A DNA stretch of 64,000 nt from Myxococcales bacterium (GTDB taxonomy: Bacteria > Myxococcota_A > UBA9042 > JABWCM01 > BTVJ01), in the NCBI GenBank assembly GCA_045863395.1, contig BTVJ01000010.1, positions 98,871 to 162,870 on the forward strand, written 5' to 3'. Made by a program: the position numbers and the translations under genes. Every line of letters begins with the position of its first letter. The first letter of the stretch is position 1. The notes under the pieces were generated by a model, which saw only the letters and a list, made by a program, of their open reading frames with translations, searched no databases and was not told where the DNA came from. Below are positions 28,601-37,800 of the stretch, one piece after another.

Positions 28601-29882
28601 CCACGTCCCCCTGGGCTACGGCCCGTGCAGCGACGGCAGCGCGTGTACCGCGGGAGACACCTGCGAGGAGGGCACATGCAAGCCTGGTGAGCCTCTGGAC
28701 TGCGACGACTTCAACCCGTGCACGACGACGTTCTGCGACGCCCTCGCGGGGTGCGGCTCGACGCCAAAGATCGGTGGCGCCTGCGACGACTTCAATGCAT
28801 GCACGTCGGCGGACACCTGCGGCGCGAACGGCTGCGCGGGCAAGCCGCCGGTCGACGGTGGCGCATCCATGTGCAACGACGGCAACCCCTGCACCGCCGA
28901 CCTGTGTGACGGCCCCGGCGGGTGCAACCACGTCCCGGCCATCAACGAGCCCTGCAACGACTCCAACAAGTGCACGGAGGACGACGCCTGCACCGCCGCC
29001 GGCACCTGCGACGGGCACGCGCCGAGCTGCGACGACACCGACGAGTGCACCCTCGACTCGTGCAACCCCGCGACCGGCGCTTGCGTCCACACGGGCAACG
29101 CGGGCGCGCCGTGTGCGGACGGCAGCGAGTGCACCATCGACGACACGTGCACCGCCGCCGGCACGTGCAAGGGCGCGCCGCTGGACTGCGACGACGGCAA
29201 CGTCTGCACCACCGACGCCTGCGACGCGCTGCTCGGGTGCGTGTGGACGCCGGCGTCGGGGCCCTGCAACGACGGCGCCGACTGCACCATCAATGACACC
29301 TGCGCGGGCGGCATCTGCGCGGGCCAGGTCCCTGGCGAGATCCTGGTCTGTGACGACGCGAACCCCTGCACCGCGGATGCGTGCGCTCCGGGGGTCGGTT
29401 GCGTCCACGAGCCCTTCGCCGGGGTGATGTGCAACGACGGAAGCCCCTGCACGGCGCCCGACACCTGCGACCAGACGGGGACCTGCGTGGGCTCCAGCGC
29501 CGGCTGCAGCGACGGCGACCCGTGCACGCTGGACCTCTGCGATCTCGCGACCGACGACTGCACCCACACCCCGCTCGCCGAGGGGCCCTGCGACGACAAC
29601 GACGTCTGCACCGTCGACGACGGGTGCACCGCGGGCGGGTGCGATGGTACGCCCGCGGACTGCGACGACGGGAACCCGTGCACCGTGCCGGGCTGCGACC
29701 CGGCGTCGGGCTGCACGTTCACCTTCGTCGAAGGGCCCTGCGACGACGGCGACCCCTGCACCGAGGGCGACACCTGCGCCCAGGCGGGCTGCTCGGGCGG
29801 CCCCACCTCCTGCGACGACGGCGACCCGGACACCATCGACACCTGCGACGAGACCGGCTGCGTGCACACGATCCAGCCCTGA
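25614..29882 (+). CDS. Giant Cys-rich repeat lipoprotein (CDDGDPCT.D.C repeats, ~1,420 aa)
   Basis: GGAGG precedes the ATG at 25614. Lipobox LLLVAC. Dozens of C[DN]DG[DN]PCT.D.C units and no terminal catalytic domain. Confidence 0.9.
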   Translation: MSRSLTLAITLLLVACATDEPKGLSDFKPPKGDTAEDEDAAGDATAPEPDVADDAGGLPDIAPDTPEEADVPQEPCVTDEDCPLPLDLCAPRAACFDGACVPGSLPAVVCDPSGDTACRVATCMPATGECALVATGSGEPCDDGDVCTSDDKCTPAGACAGTPLPCTDGDPCTDDWCEGGTCTSKVKSCEDGNLCTLDTCVAGLCTHEPTTCDDGDPCTTDTCNPNGGCQWSKKLCDDGDPCTKDACVGGVCNFAEVPGCKVECLTPKDCDDGDACTEELCTVEGCGHKPLVCNDGNPCNGTEGCSPDTGCFKGPDIPQCADNDPCTLEDCVAFKGCVTVPVDCNDGLPCTKDACVAGKCTNTVDLSVCGSANQPGGCVEWTCHPVSGCVAEPVSCNDGDPCTLDACAETGCTHKLVEGCGVQCTSPQDCDNGDPCDGIEGCDDGICVVGEPPTCDDGDPCTLDTCLGTCVNVPATGQPCDDGEPCTTDETCTPEGCVGPFTDCDDGNPCTADECVGGLGCAHVPTPGDPCDDGDPCTAGTYCAGASCEGGGGACDDDDPCTTDACDGGTCTHAAASNGAPCDDGDPCTLKDTCASGQCTPGLACDDGDLCTLDVCEAGVGCSWMEDNCADGNPCTLDFCGALGCEHVAVPGCGGACTTDDQCDDENACTGVETCVAGGCAIGSLLDCDDGDPCTLDGCDATTGCSSEPRDDGTPCSDGSPCTVGDTCFSGNCEATALTCESPDPCVTGSCNPVEGGCSYVPVPDGTCNDGSACTIDTCKPGAGCTYTPVETCDDGDPCTDDSCDPSKGCVHAPRGLGAPCEDSDACTSNTTCDAAGKCTGAKKTCNDLNPCTADSCDPKTAKCVFTDVGPAACDDGEPCTADACDPAKGCVHPPDSCDDGDPCTEDACYVGLGCGHAPLPPNACGDSNPCTNDYCEPGVGCVHPQVNEGLPCNDGKVCTTDDKCSGVVCVGNAGAACNDGNPCTFDTCDDGGGCVHVPLGYGPCSDGSACTAGDTCEEGTCKPGEPLDCDDFNPCTTTFCDALAGCGSTPKIGGACDDFNACTSADTCGANGCAGKPPVDGGASMCNDGNPCTADLCDGPGGCNHVPAINEPCNDSNKCTEDDACTAAGTCDGHAPSCDDTDECTLDSCNPATGACVHTGNAGAPCADGSECTIDDTCTAAGTCKGAPLDCDDGNVCTTDACDALLGCVWTPASGPCNDGADCTINDTCAGGICAGQVPGEILVCDDANPCTADACAPGVGCVHEPFAGVMCNDGSPCTAPDTCDQTGTCVGSSAGCSDGDPCTLDLCDLATDDCTHTPLAEGPCDDNDVCTVDDGCTAGGCDGTPADCDDGNPCTVPGCDPASGCTFTFVEGPCDDGDPCTEGDTCAQAGCSGGPTSCDDGDPDTIDTCDETGCVHTIQP

Positions 29883-30048
29883 ACCGCGCTCCCCTTCGCC
29901 CCCGGCACCTCCCCCGAGCCCCCCCCATCCGAGCTCCGCCCGGACTCGGCGTGGATCTTCACGAGCCTGAGCCGTGCAGGGTGCGGCGGAGCGCCGCCGG
30001 CAAGCGCCCGATGTTCCAGGGGGCCGCCTCCGTCGCTCACGAAAGCAG

Positions 30049-30077
30049 TTGACGCTCACTTTTCGCAGAGCAAAGAT
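30049..30077 (+). promoter_or_regulatory. Putative sigma70-type promoter of paralogue 1
   Basis: TTGACG-N17-AAAGAT within an AT-richer patch. Confidence 0.35.
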
Positions 30078-30163
30078 GTCGTCACATACAACTTCGACGA
30101 ACGCGCCGACACCATCCGGGTCCGGTGCGCGTCTAGCCAGCACCCTCCCGAGGAGTGGCCGCC

Positions 30164-33100
30164 ATGGCTTCAATCCAACGTGTCGCGATGTTCTGGGCCG
30201 CCCTGCTGGGATGCGCACCGTTCGCCGCCCCCGCCGTCGCTGCGCCACCGACGGACATGCAGCTCCAGGGGTCCCTGGCGACCGGGGCAGGCACCCCGGT
30301 CACGGGGCAGTTCAACCTGACCATTGGCATCTTCACGACGCAGGTGGGTGGCACCGCGTCCTGGACGCAGACCTTCAACAACGTCCAGGTGACGAACGGC
30401 GTCTACGAGGTGACGCTGCCGGGCCTGGACCCGGCCCTGTTCCGCGATCAAGGCTCCCTGTGGCTGGAGACGAAGGTCAACAACGAGGCGCCACTGCCAC
30501 GCGCCAAGATGGGGCCTGCCGGCTGGGCCTTCCACAGCGTGAGCGCGGGCACCGCGGCGGTCGCCGAGGACGTCTCCTGCACCGGGTGCGTCGGCACGGC
30601 GGACCTGGCAGCGGGCCTGCGGGTCGGCGGGAGCTTCACGGTCCAGCAGTCGCTGATCCTGTGCGACGGGCTGGCGGGCACCTGCTCCGTGAAGCTCAAC
30701 GACACGGCGACCCTGGCCTCCAGCGCGACCACCTTGAGCGTGCAGGCCAACTCGGGCCTGCGCATCCGCAACTTCGGCGACACGGCCTGGGCACCGCTCC
30801 AGACGGGCGTGCTGACGGTGAACGGGAACGCGACCGTCAACGGCAACCTGACCGTGTCCGGGACCATCTCCGGCACGCTGTCAGCCCTGCCCTGGTCCGC
30901 GCTCACGGGCGTACCCGCGGGCTTCGCCGACGGTGTCGACAACGACACGACGTACACGGCGGGTACGGGCCTGACCCTGGCGAGCGGGCAGCTCAGCATC
31001 AACCCGGCGCAGGCGCAGGTGCGGGTGGCGGGGACGTGCAACACCGGCCAAGCCATGCGGGTGGTCAACGCGGACGGCACCGTGGTGTGCGGCACCGCAG
31101 GGGCAACCTACACGGCGCCAGCGGCGGGCGGCCTGGCGATCAACGGGTCCAACGAGCTGAGCCTCCGCATGACCTGCACGTCGGGCCAGGTGCTCAAGTA
31201 CGACGGGTCCGCGTGGGCGTGCAGCGCCGACGCCACCGGCGGCGTCACCAGCTTCAGCGGGCTGTCCGGCACGGCGACCGACGCCCAGATCCCCGACAAC
31301 ATCACCATCAACTGGGCGCTGGACTCCGACAAGGTCGACGGCCACCACTACTCGCCCGTGTGGGACTCGACGGACGCGGCGACCCTGGGCGGCCAGCCGC
31401 CCTCCTACTACGCCACCAAGGCATCCGTGGACGAGCTGGCCGGGCAAGTGAGCAACCCGCCCCAGGTCCAGCAGGCGATCTGCGCGTCGTCGGGCACGAC
31501 CAACGTGTGCAAGAAGGACGTCTACATGGCGGCCACCCACACCCGGGACGCCAACTCCCTCTCCTCCCTCTCCGGCGGCTCGTGGGTCTACTACGCGGCG
31601 GAGAACCGCTGCGAGTACCAGGGCGGCATCGAGGTGGACAACCCGAAGCAGTGCGGCCAGGACCTCATGCCCGACTGGATGGACACGTCGGACAACTGCG
31701 GCGGCTTCCGCCAGAGCTCCTGGGACACCCGGGTCCGCTTCGCGGTGGCGAAGGACAACGTGTGGAACAAGGACTTCAACTACACGTGCCCGGCCGGCTA
31801 CCACTGGGCGACCACCGAGGAGGTCAAGCCGTGGTTCAACGGCCCCAACACGGGTAACTACGTGTACCACAGCCAGTGCGGGTGGAACGCCTACGTGTGG
31901 AACGGCAAGACCCGCTACTACTTCCGCTTCAAGGACTCGCCCTCCAAGCAAAACTCCTTCAAGCACTCGGGCAACTACGACCCCTACACGGTCCAGTACG
32001 ACGGCACGCTCAACTACTTCGCGGGCATCGTGTGCGTGCAGGATGCGCCCATGGGGCCGCTGGACTGGATGATCACCGAGGACGACTGCGGCGGCTTCAA
32101 GGAGAGCACCTGGGACTCGAACTTCGCCTTCGCCGTGGCCCGCAAGACCGTCTACGACCCGAGCATCCCCTACACGTGCCCGGCGGGCTGGCACTGGGCG
32201 ACCACGGCCGAGACCCAGGACGCCTTCGTGGCGAGCCCGAACACGGGCACGACCTACAACGGCAAGTGCGGCTGGAACGGCTACGACATGCAGAGCAACG
32301 GGCTGATCCGCTACTACTTCAGGACCAGCGACTCGTTCACGGGCCCCACCACCCTCGCCTTCAAGCACGCGGGCAACGGCGAGATGTACCAGCTCCAGTA
32401 CAACAACACGAAGACCGAGTTCGCGGGCATCATCTGCAAGCGGGACGATCCGAATACGGACCCGACCGACTGGATGGACAAGACGGACTTCTGCGGTGGG
32501 TGGCGCCAGAGCACCTGGGACCCGCGCTTCTACTTCGCGGTGTCAAAGAAGAACATCTGGGAGCCGAACAAGGTGTACGCCTGCCCTGCCGGCTACCACT
32601 GGGCGAGCACCGCCGAGATCGACGCGGCCATGCCGAACTCCAACCCGGACGAGAGCCCCAACTACGTGTACCACGGCCAGTGCGGCTGGAGCGGCTACTA
32701 TTGGCAGGGCGTCCAGCGGTACTACTTCAGGTTCTCGGACTCCAAGAACAACAACCGCTACATGCACGCCGGCCACTGGGACCCCTACCGGGGGCCGACC
32801 ACGACGACGCTCACCGAGTTTGCGGGCATCGTGTGCATGAAGGACAACGCCCCGAGCTACCCGACCCCCAACACCACCGACTGGATGCTGACGGACGACG
32901 ACTGCGGCGGCTTCCGCGAGTCGCTCTGGGACTCGCGCATCCGCTACGCCGTGGCGCGCCAGAACGTGTGGAACAAGACCTTCACGTACAAGTGCCCGGC
33001 CGGCTACCACTGGGGCTCGCAGTCCGAGGTGGCGGGCATGCTGACCAGCGCGCTCAACCCGAGCTACTACCGCTACAACGGCCAGTGCGGGTGGAGCGGC

Positions 33101-34399
33101 TACTACTGGCACGCGCGCTACCGGGTGTACTTCCGGTTCTCGGACAGCGCCATCAACAACGGCTACCTGCACGCGGCGCACGGCGACCCCTACACCTTTG
33201 CCACGAGCGCCGACACATCGGCCTTCGCGGGCATCGTGTGCGTAGCCGACCAGGCGCCCACGGACCCCACCGACTGGATGGACAAGACCGACAACTGCAA
33301 CGGCTTCCGCCAGTCGCAGTGGGACCCGCGGGTGCGCTTCGCCGTATCCAAGAGCTACTACTGGGACCCGAACAAGGTCTACGCCTGTCCGGCCGGCTAC
33401 CACTGGATGAGCTACGCCGAGGCCCAGCAGGTCTTCCCGACCACGGCGACCAACAGCGGCGCCACGTACACCTACTACAGCCAATGTGGCTGGAGCGGCT
33501 ACAACTGGCACCAGATCGCCAACAAGACCTACTTCCGCTTCAGCGACTCCAAGACCAATGGCATGTACAAGCACTCGGGCAACTACGACCCGTATCAGCC
33601 ACAGGGGCCCGACTTCGCCACCCACAGCTTCGCGGGCATCGTGTGCATGAAGGACGACCCGCCCGGGCCCACCGACTGGATGGACAAGACGGACAACTGC
33701 GGCGGCTTCCGCCAGAGCCTGAGCGACCCGGACGTCTTCTACGCCGTGTCCAAGTCCAACATCTGGGACCGCTACAGGGACTACACCTGCCCGACCGGCT
33801 ACCGCTGGGCCACTACCGCCGAGGGGCAAGCGCGGTTCAACAACAGCCCCGCGTGGAACACCCTCACCTACAACGGCCAGTGCGGGTGGAGCGGCTACGA
33901 CTGGAACCCGGCGTGGCAGATGGGCTGCACGAGCTACGGGCAGGCGGGGTGCGGATCGACCTATGCCTCCCCCACGCCGACCATGGCGCAGTTCAAGACG
34001 GGGCAGTTCCAGAGCGGGTGCGACGAGTGCGAGACCTTCTACAGCACGACGTGCAACGCGTCGGACCTCACGTCTGGAGCAGCCGGCAAGTGCGGCGGCA
34101 TCAACGAGGCGAGGTGGCGCAACGACCAGCACATCAACCCCTGCTACTACTCGGCGAACAGCTTTGGAGGCAACCCCGTCGGCGTGTGGCCAGGCAGCCT
34201 CGGCGACCACTGCTACGACGGCGTGTGCTGCGGCGACGAAGAGATCCAGAACGTGACCACCTATCGGCTGTACTTCCGCTTCTCGGACTCGAAGAACAAC
34301 GGCATGTACAAGCACGCCGGCAACAACGACAACTACAACGTGCAGGGGGCGGACTACACGCTCACCAGCTTCGCCGGCATCGTCTGCATCAAGGAGTGA
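30164..34399 (+). CDS. Secreted fibre-like protein with six tandem ~130-aa Trp/Tyr/Cys-rich domains (paralogue 1)
   Basis: AGGAG RBS and a signal peptide ending AVA-A. The N-terminus resembles tail-fibre-like proteins (QGSL...VTNGVYEVTL...PLPR; VPAGFADGVDNDTTYTAGTGLTL). Six units of DWM..D.CGGF..S.WD...CPAGYHW...CGW.GY...YFRFSDS...KHAGN...FAGIVC. Confidence 0.85.
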   Translation: MASIQRVAMFWAALLGCAPFAAPAVAAPPTDMQLQGSLATGAGTPVTGQFNLTIGIFTTQVGGTASWTQTFNNVQVTNGVYEVTLPGLDPALFRDQGSLWLETKVNNEAPLPRAKMGPAGWAFHSVSAGTAAVAEDVSCTGCVGTADLAAGLRVGGSFTVQQSLILCDGLAGTCSVKLNDTATLASSATTLSVQANSGLRIRNFGDTAWAPLQTGVLTVNGNATVNGNLTVSGTISGTLSALPWSALTGVPAGFADGVDNDTTYTAGTGLTLASGQLSINPAQAQVRVAGTCNTGQAMRVVNADGTVVCGTAGATYTAPAAGGLAINGSNELSLRMTCTSGQVLKYDGSAWACSADATGGVTSFSGLSGTATDAQIPDNITINWALDSDKVDGHHYSPVWDSTDAATLGGQPPSYYATKASVDELAGQVSNPPQVQQAICASSGTTNVCKKDVYMAATHTRDANSLSSLSGGSWVYYAAENRCEYQGGIEVDNPKQCGQDLMPDWMDTSDNCGGFRQSSWDTRVRFAVAKDNVWNKDFNYTCPAGYHWATTEEVKPWFNGPNTGNYVYHSQCGWNAYVWNGKTRYYFRFKDSPSKQNSFKHSGNYDPYTVQYDGTLNYFAGIVCVQDAPMGPLDWMITEDDCGGFKESTWDSNFAFAVARKTVYDPSIPYTCPAGWHWATTAETQDAFVASPNTGTTYNGKCGWNGYDMQSNGLIRYYFRTSDSFTGPTTLAFKHAGNGEMYQLQYNNTKTEFAGIICKRDDPNTDPTDWMDKTDFCGGWRQSTWDPRFYFAVSKKNIWEPNKVYACPAGYHWASTAEIDAAMPNSNPDESPNYVYHGQCGWSGYYWQGVQRYYFRFSDSKNNNRYMHAGHWDPYRGPTTTTLTEFAGIVCMKDNAPSYPTPNTTDWMLTDDDCGGFRESLWDSRIRYAVARQNVWNKTFTYKCPAGYHWGSQSEVAGMLTSALNPSYYRYNGQCGWSGYYWHARYRVYFRFSDSAINNGYLHAAHGDPYTFATSADTSAFAGIVCVADQAPTDPTDWMDKTDNCNGFRQSQWDPRVRFAVSKSYYWDPNKVYACPAGYHWMSYAEAQQVFPTTATNSGATYTYYSQCGWSGYNWHQIANKTYFRFSDSKTNGMYKHSGNYDPYQPQGPDFATHSFAGIVCMKDDPPGPTDWMDKTDNCGGFRQSLSDPDVFYAVSKSNIWDRYRDYTCPTGYRWATTAEGQARFNNSPAWNTLTYNGQCGWSGYDWNPAWQMGCTSYGQAGCGSTYASPTPTMAQFKTGQFQSGCDECETFYSTTCNASDLTSGAAGKCGGINEARWRNDQHINPCYYSANSFGGNPVGVWPGSLGDHCYDGVCCGDEEIQNVTTYRLYFRFSDSKNNGMYKHAGNNDNYNVQGADYTLTSFAGIVCIKE

Positions 34400-34523
34400 C
34401 CTGCGGCAACGGCGCCCGTCACGTACTTGGCGCTACCAGGAGGGAGCCACACCGCATCGAGGCAACGACATCACCCCCCGGCTCCGCCGCACCCCGCGGT
34501 CCGAGGGCAGAAGCGCTCAAGTC

Positions 34524-34563
34524 AGGAGCCTCCCCTCCGTGTCCCACGGAGGGCGCTGCTCCT
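34524..34563. other. Intergenic stem-loop between the paralogues
   Basis: CCCTCCGTG-TCC-CACGGAGGG (34533-34553) enclosed by AGGAGC/GCTCCT. No U-tract, so it is not clearly an intrinsic terminator. Confidence 0.4.
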
Positions 34564-34686
34564 TCGTTCCGAGGGCACGGAGGTCACCCGACCGCACCCT
34601 GCCACCGTAACCAGTTGTAGCGCAACGCCTTTGTTTCCGAGCAACTACGCACGGTCGCGCATTTTTGCGTCCTCACGCGCTCCTCA

Positions 34687-34715
34687 TTGATTCGCACGGG
34701 CTTCGGGAACACAAT
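34687..34715 (+). promoter_or_regulatory. Putative sigma70-type promoter of paralogue 2
   Basis: TTGATT-N17-CACAAT about 90 bp upstream of the start. Confidence 0.4.
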
Positions 34716-34804
34716 GGCCGCATCGGAGACGGCGCCCATTGCTTCCGCACCCAGCGGTGTCTGCAAGGACCAGTGCGCCCTCTCCCCAGCATGCGGAGGC
34801 CGCC

Positions 34805-37800
34805 GTGAAGTCCGTCGTCTACACCGTTGGAGCCAGAGCAGCTCTTGCCATCGCCCTCGTCGCCCTCGGAGCCCCCCAAGCCGTTGCTGCCCCACCCACG
34901 GACATGCAGCTCCAGGGGTCCCTCGCCACGGGCGCAGGCACCCCGGTGACGGGGCAGTTCAACCTGACCATCGGGATCTTCACGACGCAGGTGGGAGGCA
35001 CCGCGTCCTGGACCCAGACCTTCAACAACGTCCAGGTGACGAACGGCGTCTACGAGGTGACGCTGCCCGGGCTGGACCCGGCGCTCTTCAGGAACCAGGG
35101 CTCCCTGTGGCTGGAGACGAAGGTCAACAGCGAGGCGCCGCTGCCCCGCGCCAAGATGGGCCCCGCGGGCTGGGCGTTCCACAGCGTGAGCGCGGGCACG
35201 GCGGCGGTCGCCGAGGACGTCGCCTGCACCGGGTGCGTCGGTACGGCGGACCTGGCGGCGGGCCTGCGAGTCGGCGGCAACTTCACGGTGCAGCAGTCGC
35301 TGATCCTGTGCGACGGCCTGGCGGGCACCTGCTCGGTGAAGCTCAACGACACGGCGACGCTCGCATCCAGCGCGACCACGCTGAGCGTGCAGGCCAACTC
35401 GGGCCTGCGCATCCGCAACTTCGGGGACACGGCGTGGGCACCGCTCCAGACGGGCGTGCTGACGGTCAACGGGAACGCGACCGTCAACGGCAACCTGACC
35501 GTGTCCGGGACGATCTCCGGCACCCTGTCAGCCCTGCCCTGGTCCGCGCTCACCGGCGTGCCCGCGGGCTTCGCCGACGGCGTCGACAACGACACGACGT
35601 ACACCGCGGGCACCGGCCTGACCCTGGCGACCGGGCAGTTCAGCATCAACCCGGCGCAGGCGCAGGTGCGGGTGTCGGGAACGTGCAACACCGGCCAGGC
35701 CATGCGGGTGGTCAACGCCGACGGCACCGTGGTCTGCGGCACGGCTGGCGCCACCTACACCGCGCCGGTGGCGGGGGGCCTGGCGATCAACGGCTCCAAC
35801 GAGCTCAGCCTGCGCATGTCCTGCACCTCGGGCCAGGTGCTCAAGTACGACGGGTCCGCGTGGGCGTGCAGCGCCGACGCCACCGGCGGCGTCACCAGCT
35901 TCAGCGGGCTGTCCGGCACGGCGACCGACGCCCAGATCCCCGACAACATCACCATCAACTGGGCGCTGGACTCCGACAAGGTCGACGGCCACCACTACTC
36001 GCCCGTGTGGGACTCGACGGACGCGGCGACCCTGGGCGGCCAGCCGCCCTCCTACTACGCCACCAAGGCATCCGTGGACGAGCTGGCCGGGCAAGTGAGC
36101 AACCCGCCCCAGGTCCAGCAGGCGATCTGCGCGTCGTCGGGCACGACCAACGTGTGCAAGAAGGACGTCTACATGGCGGCCACCCACACCCGGGACGCCA
36201 ACTCCCTCTCCTCCCTCTCCGGCGGCTCGTGGGTCTACTACGCGGCGGAGAACCGCTGCGAGTACCAGGGCGGCATCGAGGTGGACAACCCGAAGCAGTG
36301 CGGCCAGGACCTGATGCCCGACTGGATGGACACCTCGGACAACTGCGGCGGCTTCCGGCAGAGCTCGTGGGACACCCGGGTCCGCTTCGCGGTGGCCAAG
36401 GACAACGTGTGGAACAAGGACTTCAATTACACCTGCCCCGCCGGCTACCACTGGGCGACCACGGAGGAGGTCAAGCCGTGGTTCAACGGCCCCAACACGG
36501 GCAACTACGTTTACCTCAGCCAGTGCGGGTGGAACTCCTATGTCTGGAACGGCAAGACCCGGTACTACTTCCGCTTCAAGGACTCGCCGTCGAAGCAGAA
36601 CTCCTTCAAGCACTCGGGCAACTACGACCCCTACACCATCCAGTACGACGGCACGCTCAACTACTTCGCGGGCATCGTGTGCGTGCAGGACGCGCCCATG
36701 GGACCGCTCGATTGGATGATCACCGAGGACGACTGCGGCGGCTTCAAGGAGAGCACCTGGGACTCGAACTTCGCGTTCGCCGTGGCCCGAAAGACCGTCT
36801 ACGATCCGAGCATCCCCTACACCTGCCCGGAGGGCTGGCACTGGGCGACCACGGCCGAGACCCAGGACGCCTTCGTGGCGAGCCCCAACACGGGCTATCT
36901 GTACTATGGGAAGTGCGGCTGGAACGGCTACGACATGCAGAGCAACGGGCTGACCCGGTACTACTTCAGGACGAGCGACTCGTTCACGGGGCCCACCACC
37001 CTCGCCTACAAGCACGCGGGCAACGGCGAGATGTACCGCCTGGACTACAACAACACCAAGACCGAGTTCGCGGGCATCATCTGCAAGCGGGATCAGCCGA
37101 ACACGGATCCGACGGACTGGATGGACAAGACGGACTTCTGTGGTGGTTGGCGGCAGAACACCTGGGACCCGCGGTTCTACTATGCCATCGCCAAGAAGAA
37201 CATCTGGGACCCGAACAAGGTGTATGCCTGCCCCGCCGGGTACCACTGGGCGAGCACCGCCGAAGTCAACGCCGCGTTCACGGCCGCGAACCCGGACGAG
37301 AGCCCCAACTACGCCTACTACAACCAGTGCGGGTGGAGCGGCTACTACTGGCAGGGCATCCAGCGGTACTACTTCCGGTTCTCGGACTCCAAGACCACCA
37401 ACCGCTACAAGCACGCCGGCAACTGGGACCCCTACGCGGACTCCACGAGCGCGACGCTCACCGAGTTCGCCGGAATCATCTGTATGAAGGACAACGCGCC
37501 GACGTACCCGACCCCCAACACCACCGACTGGATGCTGACCGACGACGACTGCGGCGGCTTCCGGGAGTCCATGTGGACCTCGCGCATCCGCTACGCCGTG
37601 GCGCGCCAGAACGTGTGGAACAAGTCCTTCACTTACAAGTGCCCGGCCGGCTACCACTGGGGGTCGCAGTCCGAGGTGGCGGGCATGCTGACGAGCGCCA
37701 TCAACCCGAGCTACTACCGGTACAACGGCCAGTGCGGCTGGAGCGGCTACTACTGGCACGCGCGCTATCGCGTCTACTTCCGCTTCTCGGACAGCGCCAT

